Shown here in pieces: positions 8,549-17,987 of a DNA stretch of 32,000 bases; positions within the stretch are counted from its first letter, which is position 1, and every line of letters starts with the position of its first letter. Origin of the DNA: Halalkalibacterium halodurans. GTDB taxonomy: Bacteria; Bacillota; Bacilli; Bacillales; Bacillaceae_D. The stretch covers positions 1 to 32,000 of the forward strand of contig NZ_SNUY01000039.1 of NCBI RefSeq assembly GCF_004376175.1, read 5' to 3'. Made by a program: the position numbers and the translations under genes. The notes beneath the pieces are model-generated. The model did no database searches and was not told the origin of the DNA. It saw only the letters and a program-made list of their open reading frames with translations.

Positions 8549-10969
8549 TTATTTAATTTGGAAACGCTGCAGACGTAATGCATTCAAGACGACGGAAACA
8601 GAGCTGAACGCCATTGCGGCTCCCGCTACCCATGGTGCTAATAAACCGGCAGCAGCAATCGGAATTGCAGACGTATTATAGACGAAAGCAAAAAATAAAT
8701 TTTGCTTAATGTTTCGCATCGTTTTTTGGCTCATGAGGACTGCATCTGCAACCCGATGCAAGTCATCCCCAAGCAAGGTCAAATCAGCGGCCTCGATGGC
8801 AATGTCGGTCCCTGAACCGATCGCCATCCCTACATCGGCCGTTGCTAATGCTGGGGCATCATTTAATCCGTCGCCAACCATGGCGACCGTTCGTCCTTGT
8901 TCCTGCAGCTTACGGATTTGTTCACTCTTATCCTTCGGTAAAACTTCAGCAATCACCTGTTCAATTCCAACATCATTCGCAACAGCACGGGCCGTCCGTT
9001 CATTATCCCCTGTTAACATGACAATGTCCAATCCAAGCGCCTTTAACCGTTCGATGGCCTTTTTAGAAGATGGCTTCAACTGATCGGCTACGGCCACATG
9101 AGCTGTTAGAATGCCGTCAACAGCCATGAACATCACCGTTTCCCCTCGGGCTTCTCGCGCTTCGGCACTCGAAAGCGCTTCTTTATAATCAACCTGATGC
9201 TCGGCCATGAGCTTTCTCGTTCCAACGAGCACGTTCCTTCCAGCAACCATCGCTTCAACACCATGTCCCGGAATCGCAGAAAACGAGTCAGCCTCCAAGC
9301 GATCCACGCCTAGCTGTTTCATCCCGTCCACAATCGCTGTCGCTAATGGGTGTTCAGATCGCCGTTCTGCTGCATAAAGCATGGTGGCCATTTCCTTCTC
9401 GTCAGCTGATCCGTACGTGACGAACTCAGTAAGCGACGGTTTTCCTTCCGTCACCGTTCCCGTTTTATCGAGAACAACTGTATCAATTCGCTGCGTATGT
9501 TCAAGATGTTCACCGCCTTTAAACAGCACACCTAACTCTGCGGATCTACCCGAACCAGCCATAATGGATGTCGGCGTTGCAAGCCCTAGAGCACAAGGGC
9601 ACGCGATGACCAAAATGGAAATCGTCGGAATGAGTGCACTTGTGACGTTGCCTGGATCAATCACCATATACCATACGAGAAACGTAAGGACGGAAATAGC
9701 AACAACGACAGGAACAAAAACACTAGAGACTTTATCGACCGCACGTTGAATATCTGCCTTTGAGCCTTGCGCTTCCTCGACCACTTTCACAATTTGCGCG
9801 AGGGCCGTATCTTTTCCGACTCGCGTGGCTCGAATACGAAGTGACCCGTTATGATTAACGGTAGCACCGATGACTTGATCGCCAACATCTTTTTCGACTG
9901 GGATGCTCTCCCCGGTAAGCATTGACTCATCCACGGCAGAGTAGCCTTCCACCACTTCTCCATCGACGGGAATTTTTTCGCCTGGTTTGACGAGAAGGAG
10001 ATCCCCTGTTTTCACTTCTTCCAACGGAATTTGCTCCTCTTTCCCCTCTCGAATGACGCGGGCTGTTTTCGCCTGCAAGCCAAGAAGCTTACGAATCGCC
10101 TCACTCGTACGGCCCTTCGCTCTTGCTTCAAAGTATTTTCCAAGAACAATAAGGGTAATGATAATCGCTGATGCTTCAAAATATAATTCCGGCATCATCC
10201 CCTCCCGCGTCCCATACAACCAATCATAGCCGAGATACATGCTGTAAAAATAAGCAGCCGATGTACCGAGGGCGACGAGTACATCCATGTTCGCGCTCTT
10301 ATGGCGAAGGGCTTTATACGCTCCAACGTAAAACGGAGCCCCTATATAAAACTGAACGGGTGTCGCAAGCAACAATTGAACCCATGGATCCATAAATAGA
10401 TGAGGCATCCAAATGAACGAAGTGAATTCAAAATGTGTCACCATCGACCAGAGGAGGGGAAACGTTAAAACCGCTGAAATCCAAAAGCGGCGCTTCTGTT
10501 TTTGTAATTCACGTTCCCGTACATCTCCTTCTTCAGCGTCACCTGTTTTGCGCTTTAGTGTGTAACCTATCTGCTCGATCGCCTGTTCCAAATCAGACGG
10601 TGATACACTTTCCGGTCTGTATTCGACCGTAGCCGTTTCAAGCGCAAGGTTAACAACCGCTTTGTGGACTCCTTCAAGACGATTCAGCTTCTTTTCAATT
10701 CGGTTAGCACAAGCGGCACACGTCATTCCAACCACGTCAAATTCCACTCTGTCGATTACCACTTTGTACCCGAGCTGCTCTACTTTTTCAATAACCTGCT
10801 CTGGCTGAACCTTCTCTGGATCATACACTACCGTCGATCGTTCAAGCGTTAAGTTTACATTTGCCTCTTGAACGCCATCCATCCGTTGTAAGCCCTTTTC
10901 GATTCGATTGGAGCAAGCGGCACATGTCATCCCCTGAATATCCAACGTTAATTCTTTTTGATTTTTCAT
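8549..10969 (-). CDS. copA: Copper-translocating P1B-type ATPase CopA
   Basis: Two N-terminal HMA domains (GMTCAAC twice), a CPC in the TM region, DKTGT phosphorylation site, and TGDN and GDGxNDxP motifs. The track GTG 10975 lies inside GGAGGTG. ATG 10969 ([19 protein letters not shown]) is preferred. Confidence 0.97.
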   Translation of the reverse strand: MKNQKELTLDIQGMTCAACSNRIEKGLQRMDGVQEANVNLTLERSTVVYDPEKVQPEQVIEKVEQLGYKVVIDRVEFDVVGMTCAACANRIEKKLNRLEGVHKAVVNLALETATVEYRPESVSPSDLEQAIEQIGYTLKRKTGDAEEGDVRERELQKQKRRFWISAVLTFPLLWSMVTHFEFTSFIWMPHLFMDPWVQLLLATPVQFYIGAPFYVGAYKALRHKSANMDVLVALGTSAAYFYSMYLGYDWLYGTREGMMPELYFEASAIIITLIVLGKYFEARAKGRTSEAIRKLLGLQAKTARVIREGKEEQIPLEEVKTGDLLLVKPGEKIPVDGEVVEGYSAVDESMLTGESIPVEKDVGDQVIGATVNHNGSLRIRATRVGKDTALAQIVKVVEEAQGSKADIQRAVDKVSSVFVPVVVAISVLTFLVWYMVIDPGNVTSALIPTISILVIACPCALGLATPTSIMAGSGRSAELGVLFKGGEHLEHTQRIDTVVLDKTGTVTEGKPSLTEFVTYGSADEKEMATMLYAAERRSEHPLATAIVDGMKQLGVDRLEADSFSAIPGHGVEAMVAGRNVLVGTRKLMAEHQVDYKEALSSAEAREARGETVMFMAVDGILTAHVAVADQLKPSSKKAIERLKALGLDIVMLTGDNERTARAVANDVGIEQVIAEVLPKDKSEQIRKLQEQGRTVAMVGDGLNDAPALATADVGMAIGSGTDIAIEAADLTLLGDDLHRVADAVLMSQKTMRNIKQNLFFAFVYNTSAIPIAAAGLLAPWVAGAAMAFSSVSVVLNALRLQRFQIK

Positions 10970-10982
10970 TCTCACACCTCCC

Positions 10983-11027
10983 TATACCCCTATTGAGTAT
11001 ATAACATTTCGTATAAAAAGCCGTCAA
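10983..11027 (-). promoter_or_regulatory. copA promoter with overlapping CsoR-type operator
   Basis: On the minus strand: TTGACG (11027-11022), a 17-nt spacer, then TTATAT (11004-10999). The motif TATACCCCTATTGAGTAT (10983-11000; ATAC..GTAT arms around a C tract) overlaps the -10. A near-identical motif lies upstream of copZ. Confidence 0.5.
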
Positions 11028-11036
11028 TGAGACGGC
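11014..11036 (-). terminator. Hairpin/terminator between copZ and copA
   Basis: The minus strand reads GCCGTC-TCATT-GACGGC followed by TTTTTA, starting 6 nt after the copZ stop. The 3' arm contains the copA -35. Confidence 0.5.
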
Positions 11037-11041
11037 AAAGC

Positions 11042-11245
11042 TTATTCTACATCATATCCCTGGTCTTCAATTGTATCCTTAATTTTATCAATCGAGACTT
11101 GATCCTCTTTATAGCTCACATTAACTGTTCCTTTATCTAACTGAACAGTAACTTTTTCTACCCCTGTTAATTGCCCGACGTTTTCTTCAACTGCTTTCAC
11201 ACAATGTTGACAAGACATTCCTTTTACATTTAAAGTAGTCTCCAC
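11042..11245 (-). CDS. copZ: Copper chaperone CopZ (HMA domain)
   Basis: 67 aa with GMSCQHC metal-binding motif. GTG start follows AAAGGAGGGG. Confidence 0.95.
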   Translation of the reverse strand: METTLNVKGMSCQHCVKAVEENVGQLTGVEKVTVQLDKGTVNVSYKEDQVSIDKIKDTIEDQGYDVE

Positions 11246-11274
11246 TTTTTACCCCTCCTTTTCTCTTCTCTCAC

Positions 11275-11304
11275 AATGTACTATACCCCCCTATTGTATG
11301 TCAA
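11275..11304 (-). promoter_or_regulatory. copZ promoter with CsoR-type operator in the spacer
   Basis: On the minus strand: TTGACA (11304-11299), an 18-nt spacer, then TACATT (11280-11275). The spacer contains TATACCCCCCTATTGTAT (11282-11299 on the plus strand), a near-repeat of the motif at 10983-11000. Confidence 0.55.
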
Positions 11305-12443
11305 GTGCTTTTATTCCATGATGAAACTACCGCTATATTTCGGGCTGCTTGTTCTAGTAATGAATCGCCTTGTTGCATCGCTTCGTCCAATGACATGATC
11401 CGCGGAACGAGAGAAAAAGCAGCATCAATTCCATGCTCAAAAACCGCTTCATAACCTTGGCCTAAGCTTCCGGCAATCGCAATGACCGGCACACCATATT
11501 GTTTAGCCGCCTTTGCTACCCCAATAGGTGTTTTCCCATACACCGTTTGTTGATCGATTCTTCCTTCACCTGTAATGACGAGGTCTGCATCCTTCACGAG
11601 CTCATGAAAATTAGTTGCCTGTAACACGAGCTCCACTCCTGGGCTGAGCATTGCGTCAAGAAAAGCGATTAGCCCTGCCCCTAATCCTCCTGCCGCACCC
11701 GCACCTGGAATCGAAGCCACTTCTTTTCCTAACTCCTCTTCAATGATGTTGGCAAAGTGCAAAAGCTGTTCATCCAGTTCGCGGATCGTTGCTCGCGTGG
11801 CTCCTTTTTGCGGCCCATAAACAACCGCCGCTCCCTTTTCACCCACTAACGGGTTGTCTACATCACATGCCACTTGAAGCTTCACCTGTTGGATTCTTGG
11901 ATCTACCTTACTCATGTCGATTCGTGCAAGCTCCTTTAGTTTACCTCCACCTTTTCCAATCGGCTCCCCGTTTTCTTTCAGCAGCCTGACACCGACTGCC
12001 TGCGCCATGCCGGCACCGCCATCGTTTGTGGCGCTCCCTCCAATTCCTAGGATGATTTGCTCTACACCTTCATCGAGGGCATCGATGAGCAATTGTCCAG
12101 TCCCATAGGTAGATGTCCATAGCGGATTCCGCTTTTCCTTCGGTACGAGATGAAGACCAGACGCCTGTGTCATCTCAATAACAGCGATTTTTCTATCTCC
12201 CGAAAGGCCATATTCAGCCTCCACCGTATCTCCTAATGGTCCCTCGACTTTAACTACCTTTCGCTCACCTTGAAGAGCATCAACGATCGATTGGATCGTC
12301 CCTTCTCCACCATCGGCCATCGGAATGAGCCGATAGTTAGCATTAGGAATAACACGCCTGAATCCTTTTTCTATCGCTCTTGCTGCTTGTAAAGCGGTCA
12401 TGCTCTCCTTAAAAGAGTCCGGTGCAATTACGATTGTGTTCAC
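11301..12443 (-). CDS. glxK: Glycerate kinase (GlxK/GarK family)
   Basis: N-terminus IVIAPDSFKESMTA...PMADGGEGT and C-terminus ITGEGRIDQQTVYGKTP are hallmark glycerate kinase motifs. The track TTG 12452 abuts AGGAGG. GTG 12443, 9 nt downstream, is preferred. Confidence 0.9.
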   Translation of the reverse strand: MNTIVIAPDSFKESMTALQAARAIEKGFRRVIPNANYRLIPMADGGEGTIQSIVDALQGERKVVKVEGPLGDTVEAEYGLSGDRKIAVIEMTQASGLHLVPKEKRNPLWTSTYGTGQLLIDALDEGVEQIILGIGGSATNDGGAGMAQAVGVRLLKENGEPIGKGGGKLKELARIDMSKVDPRIQQVKLQVACDVDNPLVGEKGAAVVYGPQKGATRATIRELDEQLLHFANIIEEELGKEVASIPGAGAAGGLGAGLIAFLDAMLSPGVELVLQATNFHELVKDADLVITGEGRIDQQTVYGKTPIGVAKAAKQYGVPVIAIAGSLGQGYEAVFEHGIDAAFSLVPRIMSLDEAMQQGDSLLEQAARNIAVVSSWNKST

Positions 12444-12581
12444 CTTTTTCAACCTCCTATGCTTACATAGTCACTGAACTACTCCAAAAATGAAGTTCGA
12501 TCGTCGCGCGGCATTTACTTAGACGTTCTTCCATGTTTACTCCCTTACTTCCTGCTGTTGTGCTAAAGTGGTCCTCCGATT

Positions 12582-12611
12582 AAAAAAAGACCAAGGCGTC
12601 TTCCCTTGATC
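12582..12611 (-). terminator. Rho-independent terminator after the MFS gene
   Basis: The minus strand reads GATCAAGG-GAAGACG-CCTTGGTC (one G-U) followed by TTTTTTT. Confidence 0.65.
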
Positions 12612-12624
12612 TTTTGTTCAACCA

Positions 12625-14052
12625 TTAACTTGCCGTGGAATTGACCCGCTCTTGTTCACCTTGCTTCGCTTTTTTTTCCAACCAGTATGCAGCTGGGATG
12701 GAAAGAGCCGTGAGGAATCCAACAATGAAAAAACCTTCATTGATTGCCTGCAAAGTCGCTTCCTCAAAAGAGGTAGAGATAAGGGCAAGCTGGCCGCGGC
12801 GTACCTCAAAGAACACAGAGATAAACACAATCCCGAACGCCGAGCTCATTTGTCGCAACACATTGTTCATTGCTGACCCACGGGAGATAAGTCCTTCAGG
12901 AATAGCATTCATCCCTGTCGTAGTTGCTGGCATCGTCGTCAATCCCATACCTACCCCGCGAATCGCCATCCAAGCAAAAATATACCATAAGCCCGTCTCA
13001 AGATGAAGGTAGCCAAGAGCGAACGTACCAACAGCCGCAATCATCATCCCGGCCGTCATAATCCCACTCGGGCCACGCTTATCCAACATACGGCCACCGA
13101 TCGACATCGTCAGTCCCGTAAAAAGGGCAGAAGGTAAGAATACAAGTCCTGTCATAATCGGGCCATAATCGTATACTTGCTGGAGCAAAAGCGGCACGAG
13201 AAAAATTCCCGCAAATAATCCGATCGATGAAATACCTGCTACCCATATACTTAAAGAATAGGCTGGGATGCGAAAAAGGCTCAAATCTAAAAGTGGCTGC
13301 TCTGCACGTTTCTCCACTTGCACAAACACGTACAGACACAACGCTCCAAGTAACAGTAAAACCCCGTTTATCCATTCGGTTAAATGGGTTAAATCCGACA
13401 TCCGACCGAACGCTAAAAGAATCGAGCCAACTCCGGCCGTCACAAATAAAAAGCCCCAACGATCCAGTTTGATTTGTCCACTTCGCGCGATTTTTGGTAG
13501 ATAAATGACGGCGGCAATAATGCCGAGTAGCCCAAACGGAATGTTAACTAAAAAGAGATATTTCCAATTGGATGTCTCAACAATAAATCCGCCAAGAGTC
13601 GGGCCAATGGTCGGCGCCATCATGGAGGCAACGCCCCATACGCCCGTTGCTAAGCCCCGCTCATTTCGCGGAAACGCATCGAAAATGAGCGTCATGGACA
13701 AAGGCATCATGATCCCACCACCAATTCCTTGCAATCCGCGGAAGACGATCAAGGAAGGTAAATTCCATGACAATGCGCCAAGCAAAGAGCCGAGCACAAA
13801 AATGCCAAGACCGAGAATATATGCCTCTTTTTTTCCGATCTTATCACCTAGATAGCCTGTGAGCGGCATCGTCATCCCCATCGCGACCATGAAGATCGTG
13901 ATGACCCAGCCGGTGGCAACGGCATCCGCTTCAAAGACGTTCATCAATTGAGGGATGGCAGGGTTAAGCATACTATTATTTAAAATCATCGTGAATGAAC
14001 CGAACAAGACGGCACAAACGACCATCCATTTTTTCGGAATGTTTTTCATCAT
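12625..14052 (-). CDS. MFS transporter, DHA2 (EmrB/QacA-like, 14-TM) drug:H+ antiporter family
   Basis: 475 aa with about 14 hydrophobic segments. It carries motif A-like GYLGDKIGKK and motif C-like GPTLGGFIVE. Confidence 0.9.
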   Translation of the reverse strand: MMKNIPKKWMVVCAVLFGSFTMILNNSMLNPAIPQLMNVFEADAVATGWVITIFMVAMGMTMPLTGYLGDKIGKKEAYILGLGIFVLGSLLGALSWNLPSLIVFRGLQGIGGGIMMPLSMTLIFDAFPRNERGLATGVWGVASMMAPTIGPTLGGFIVETSNWKYLFLVNIPFGLLGIIAAVIYLPKIARSGQIKLDRWGFLFVTAGVGSILLAFGRMSDLTHLTEWINGVLLLLGALCLYVFVQVEKRAEQPLLDLSLFRIPAYSLSIWVAGISSIGLFAGIFLVPLLLQQVYDYGPIMTGLVFLPSALFTGLTMSIGGRMLDKRGPSGIMTAGMMIAAVGTFALGYLHLETGLWYIFAWMAIRGVGMGLTTMPATTTGMNAIPEGLISRGSAMNNVLRQMSSAFGIVFISVFFEVRRGQLALISTSFEEATLQAINEGFFIVGFLTALSIPAAYWLEKKAKQGEQERVNSTAS

Positions 14053-14195
14053 CTGTCACACCATTTCGCTTTTCGAAATAACTATTATCCATCTTAACAG
14101 ATTTTCGATTAGAATGTCCTGATTTTAGCCCATGTTAGAACAGTTTCCATTACATTTTACTGTTACAGTTATCATGAGTTTGTCTTTCCGTTAAT

Positions 14196-14221
14196 AGAAA
14201 AAAGAGCTAGTAAGCCTAGCC
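14196..14221 (-). terminator. Weak terminator overlapping the tatC stop
   Basis: The minus strand reads GGCTAG-GCTTA-CTAGCT followed by CTTTTTTCT. The stem is only 6 bp. Confidence 0.35.
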
Positions 14222-14977
14222 CTCCTCCTGTCTATATTCTTCTTGCCTCAATTTCTCTAGCTTTTGTACTTTTCGATATGTTAAGTGTGATACCCAAATG
14301 CTAAATTCGTACAGCAGTAATAGAGGTACCGTAACCATTAAATGGGAAATTAGTTCAGGTGGTGTAATAAAACCTGCGACGACTAGTAAGACAAAAAAGG
14401 CATATTTCCGTACACTGCGCAAAAATTCCGGGGTCACGATTCCAAGTCTTGTGAGGAACATAACCACCACCGGCAGTTGGAATAGCACACCGAACGGCAT
14501 CGTAATCTGGAACAAAAACGTAAAGTATTCATTGATCCCATAAAGCTCGTTAATGTGTAACCGTTCCGCTAATCCCCCGATAAATTGGATCAGAAACGGA
14601 AACAAAATAAAATAGGCAAACGAAAGTCCACCAAGAAATAGGAAAAATGCAATCGGTATATACGCTAATGTGGCCTTGCGCTCGTTTTCATGAAGACCTG
14701 GACTGACGAAGGCCCACAATTGATATAAAATAATGGGAAATACAAGAATAAACGCACTCGTAAAAGCAAATGTCATATAGACCCGCAATGGATCTGTCAA
14801 TTTGAATGCGTTCATCGGAAGGTCTTGTGCCGTCGGTGCGCCTTGTAAATACGTAATCATCGGTGTTGCCAGAAAAAATCCGACAACCAAGGCGATGGCA
14901 AAAAAGACGACGATGATTAAAATCCGCCGTCTTAACTCGGCGATATGGTCCATTAAGGACATGTCTCGTTCGTTCAT
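14216..14977 (-). CDS. tatC: Twin-arginine translocase subunit TatC
   Basis: 253 aa with six TM segments. The N-terminal SLMDHIAELRRRIL signature is typical of TatC. AGGAAGG lies 7 nt before ATG 14977. Confidence 0.95.
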   Translation of the reverse strand: MNERDMSLMDHIAELRRRILIIVVFFAIALVVGFFLATPMITYLQGAPTAQDLPMNAFKLTDPLRVYMTFAFTSAFILVFPIILYQLWAFVSPGLHENERKATLAYIPIAFFLFLGGLSFAYFILFPFLIQFIGGLAERLHINELYGINEYFTFLFQITMPFGVLFQLPVVVMFLTRLGIVTPEFLRSVRKYAFFVLLVVAGFITPPELISHLMVTVPLLLLYEFSIWVSHLTYRKVQKLEKLRQEEYRQEEG

Positions 14978-14989
14978 ACAACTACCTTC

Positions 14990-15184
14990 CTACTGTCCGT
15001 TCTGTTGATTCTCGTTCTTTTTCTTATCGTCGTCCTCGTCCGCTAAGCCCTTTGTAGCATTTTTAAATTCACGCAATGTGTTTCCTGCCGCTTTCCCAAG
15101 CTCAGGCAATTTTTTCGGTCCGAAAATAAGCAACGCAACAAGTGCAATAATAAGAATGCTACCTGCACCTAATCCTCCAGGCAT
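14990..15184 (-). CDS. tatA: Twin-arginine translocase subunit TatA/E
   Basis: 64 aa. A TM helix is followed by FGPKKLPELGK, the TatA hinge/amphipathic helix motif. Confidence 0.92.
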   Translation of the reverse strand: MPGGLGAGSILIIALVALLIFGPKKLPELGKAAGNTLREFKNATKGLADEDDDKKKNENQQNGQ

Positions 15185-15214
15185 ACTGACACCCCCTTCT
15201 TGTCCTATATCCTA

Positions 15215-15850
15215 TTATAAAGGATAATGCTTTAAAAAATAAATGAGCGCCTGCAATTCAACCGATAAGTCAATATGGTGAACACGAACGTGCTCTGGCA
15301 CCGCAATTCTTGCTGGTGTAAAGTTCAAAATCCCTTTCACTCCAGCGTTTACGAGACGGTCTGCTGTTTTTTGGGCAACCGCAGCAGGCACTGTTAAGAT
15401 CGCCACCGATACGTCTGACGTTATTTTGTTCTCTAAATTGTCAAGATTTTCGATTTTTACACCACTAACAGTATTCCCTATTTTTTCCCGATCTACATCA
15501 AACGCCATGACAATTTGCGTATGATTGTTTTTTGAAAAGTTATAGTTTAACAAGGCGGTCCCTAGATTCCCTACACCGATGAGCATGACCTTCGTCAGTT
15601 CATCCTGATGAAGCGTCTTTCGAAAAAAGGTTAGCAAATAATTGACGTTATAGCCGTATCCTTTTTTTCCGAGTGCACCAAAATAGGAGAAGTCACGCCG
15701 AATCGTCGCTGAATCCACCTTGACTGCTTCACTTAGCTCAGATGAGGAGACCCGTTGTTTTCCTGAAGCGTGCAAATTTTCAAGAAAGCGATAGTATAAC
15801 GGTAAACGTTTAGCCGTTGCTTGTGGAATTTTCGTTGGTTCGTTGTTCAT
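15215..15850 (-). CDS. rex: Redox-sensing repressor Rex
   Basis: N-terminal [16 protein letters not shown] winged helix plus a Rossmann GVGNLG motif. It precedes tatA-tatC, as in B. subtilis ydiH. Confidence 0.95.
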   Translation of the reverse strand: MNNEPTKIPQATAKRLPLYYRFLENLHASGKQRVSSSELSEAVKVDSATIRRDFSYFGALGKKGYGYNVNYLLTFFRKTLHQDELTKVMLIGVGNLGTALLNYNFSKNNHTQIVMAFDVDREKIGNTVSGVKIENLDNLENKITSDVSVAILTVPAAVAQKTADRLVNAGVKGILNFTPARIAVPEHVRVHHIDLSVELQALIYFLKHYPL

Positions 15851-16012
15851 AGTCTGCCCCCAATTATCTACACGTCCTTATTCATGTCGTTTACTATTGT
15901 ACACTATTTTCTCAAACCATGTAATCGTTTTACTTTCAGAGTCGTTTGTTGTTGATCGACCGGTATTACGGTACACTTAAAATAGACAACAAATGAATGT
16001 AGGATGATAAAA

Positions 16013-17941
16013 ATGATTGTATTGCAATGTGTGAATATCACAAAATCGTTCGGGGCCGAAACGATTTTGTCGAACATTAAGCTTGAAGTAAAAACAGGAG
16101 ATCGCGTCGCCCTTGTCGGCCGAAACGGAGCCGGGAAGTCGACGTTATTAAAAATCATCGCGGACAAGCTCTCCTATGATAGCGGTGATCTCATCATTCC
16201 TAAAGGTGTAGAAATCGGCTATTTAGAGCAGCATACAGGTTTAGAATCCGACCTCACGATATGGGACGAGATGCTGTCTGTCTTTGAACCGCTCCAGCAA
16301 ATGGAACGGAGATTGCGGAAAATGGAAGAACAAATGGCAAACCCTTCTCTTTTAAACAATGCCTCGAGCTACGAAAAGCTCTTGGAGGAATATGACTCAT
16401 TGCAAGTGGAGTTTAAAGATCGTGGCGGTTATCAATACGAGGCAGACATCCGCAATGTTCTCGCTGGTTTGCAATTTGCTGATTTTCCTTACCATGAAAC
16501 GAAAATCGCCACTCTAAGCGGTGGGCAAAAGACACGTCTTGCTCTCGGAAAGCTATTACTGACAAAGCCTGACTTGCTTATTTTAGATGAACCGACGAAC
16601 CATTTAGACATCGATACTCTATCATGGTTGGAGCAATATTTATCCGCGTATCCTGGGGCGATTTTGATCGTCTCCCACGATCGCTATTTCCTTGATAAGC
16701 TCGTGACGCAAGTCTATGAAATCTCACGAACGAAATCAACGAAATATGTCGGCAACTACAGTCACTATTTAGATGAGAAGGCACTTCGGTATGAGCAGGA
16801 GTTAAAAGAGTTCGAAAAACAGCAAAAAGAAGTGGCAAAGCTTGAGGATTTTATTCAACGTAACATCGCCAGAGCGTCGACAACAAAACGGGCGCAAAGT
16901 CGACGAAAAGCCCTTGAACGGATGACGAAACTAGATCGACCGAACAGCGACGAAAAATCGGCTTCCTTTTTCTTTGATATCGAGCGACAAAGCGGTAATG
17001 ATGTTCTCCGTGTTCGCGATCTTACGTTCAGTTATGACGGAGACCCCCTTTTTTCTAGGTTAGATCTTGACCTAAATCGCGGAGAAAGTGTCGCACTCAT
17101 CGGACCTAACGGTGCAGGAAAGTCAACGCTGCTAAAGCTGTTAACTAAAAAGCTTCAAGCTGATCAGGGCACCATTGAGTACGGAAGTCACGTAAAAATC
17201 GGCTATTATGATCAGGAACAGGCGAATTTGCACTCGAACAAACAAGTGCTATATGAGCTTTGGGATGATTACCCCCTTTTACCTGAAAGGGACATCCGTA
17301 CGGTTCTGGGAAACTTTTTGTTCAGCGGCGAAGACGTGCTAAAAGTGGTGTCTGATTTGAGTGGAGGCGAAAAGGCACGCCTAGCGCTCGCCAAACTTAT
17401 GATGGAGAAAGCGAACTTGCTTATTATGGACGAGCCGACCAACCACTTAGATCTCGATAGTAAAGAAGTGTTGGAAAACGCGTTGATCGATTATCCAGGA
17501 ACGCTCTTGTTCGTTTCCCATGATCGTTATTTTCTAAACCGAATGGCGACACGAATTATCGAACTAGATGGAGGACAACCATCTGTCTTTTTAGGAGATT
17601 ATGATTACTATTTAGAGAAAAAGCAAGAAATCAAAGAGCGGGAACGACTCGATGAATCACCTTCACATGCCGCAGCTGCCTCATCAAAGAAAGGGAGCTT
17701 TGAACAGGACAAGGAACAAAAGAAACGAGAGCGCCAGCGTCAACGGCGAATCGAACAAATTGAAGCCTCCATTGAGGAACTAGAGAAGCAACTGTCTACA
17801 CATGAAGAAGCCCTCTGTAATCCGGAAGTGTTTACAGATCATGAGAAAGCTCTCTCACATCAACAGACCATCGATGAAGCGAAAAAAGCCGTCGATGCCC
17901 TCATGGAAGAATGGGAGCTTCTCCATGCAGAAGAAGGATAA
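16013..17941 (+). CDS. ABC-F family ATPase (YdiF-like; two ABC domains, no TM domain)
   Basis: Walker A appears twice (GRNGAGKST, GPNGAGKST) and the signature twice (LSGGQK, LSGGEK). There is an inter-domain linker and a charged coiled-coil C-terminus. The track start is ATG 16004; ATG 16013 has better AGGA spacing (MIVLQCVNITKSF). Confidence 0.93.
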   Translation: MIVLQCVNITKSFGAETILSNIKLEVKTGDRVALVGRNGAGKSTLLKIIADKLSYDSGDLIIPKGVEIGYLEQHTGLESDLTIWDEMLSVFEPLQQMERRLRKMEEQMANPSLLNNASSYEKLLEEYDSLQVEFKDRGGYQYEADIRNVLAGLQFADFPYHETKIATLSGGQKTRLALGKLLLTKPDLLILDEPTNHLDIDTLSWLEQYLSAYPGAILIVSHDRYFLDKLVTQVYEISRTKSTKYVGNYSHYLDEKALRYEQELKEFEKQQKEVAKLEDFIQRNIARASTTKRAQSRRKALERMTKLDRPNSDEKSASFFFDIERQSGNDVLRVRDLTFSYDGDPLFSRLDLDLNRGESVALIGPNGAGKSTLLKLLTKKLQADQGTIEYGSHVKIGYYDQEQANLHSNKQVLYELWDDYPLLPERDIRTVLGNFLFSGEDVLKVVSDLSGGEKARLALAKLMMEKANLLIMDEPTNHLDLDSKEVLENALIDYPGTLLFVSHDRYFLNRMATRIIELDGGQPSVFLGDYDYYLEKKQEIKERERLDESPSHAAAASSKKGSFEQDKEQKKRERQRQRRIEQIEASIEELEKQLSTHEEALCNPEVFTDHEKALSHQQTIDEAKKAVDALMEEWELLHAEEG

Positions 17942-17944
17942 TAA

Positions 17945-17987
17945 AGCTCCCCCAGAAGACAACACGTTTTCAAGGGGGAGTTTTGTT
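17945..17987. terminator. Hairpin between convergent genes
   Basis: AGCTCCCCC (17945-17953) pairs with GGGGGAGTT (17974-17982), leaving a large 20-nt loop, followed by TTTTGTT. Confidence 0.4.

Noticed and set aside
8521-8583. 21-codon N-terminal extension of csoR in the ORF track ([21 protein letters not shown]...).
   Set aside because: The extension overlaps the copA 3' end and contains the csoR SD (GAGGGGGG). ATG 8520 gives a canonical ~100-aa CsoR.
8709-10852. Several plus-strand ORFs antisense to copA, and the 61-aa minus ORF 10842..11027.
   Set aside because: These are shadow ORFs inside or across a well-supported P-type ATPase gene and its promoter region. They have no RBS and no recognisable motifs.
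12463-12534. 23-aa minus-strand mini-ORF (MEERLSKCRATIELHFWSSSVTM) with an AAGGGAG SD in the glxK leader.
   Set aside because: It could be a leader peptide. There is no associated attenuator structure, no amino-acid bias suggestive of sensing, and such short ORFs arise easily by chance. It is kept only as a note.
12618-13855. Overlapping ORFs on both strands within the MFS transporter gene (12618..12830, 12635..13006, 13079..13459, 13505..13855 and others).
   Set aside because: The 475-aa DHA2 transporter frame explains the region. The alternatives lack starts with an SD and have atypical composition.
15897-15915. Rex-box-like sequence TTGTACACTATTTTCTCAA in the rex/ydiF divergent region.
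   Set aside because: It matches the TTGTGAA-N4-TTCACAA consensus only weakly (about 5/7 and 6/7 positions) and needs a 5-nt rather than 4-nt spacer. That is not enough to call an operator.
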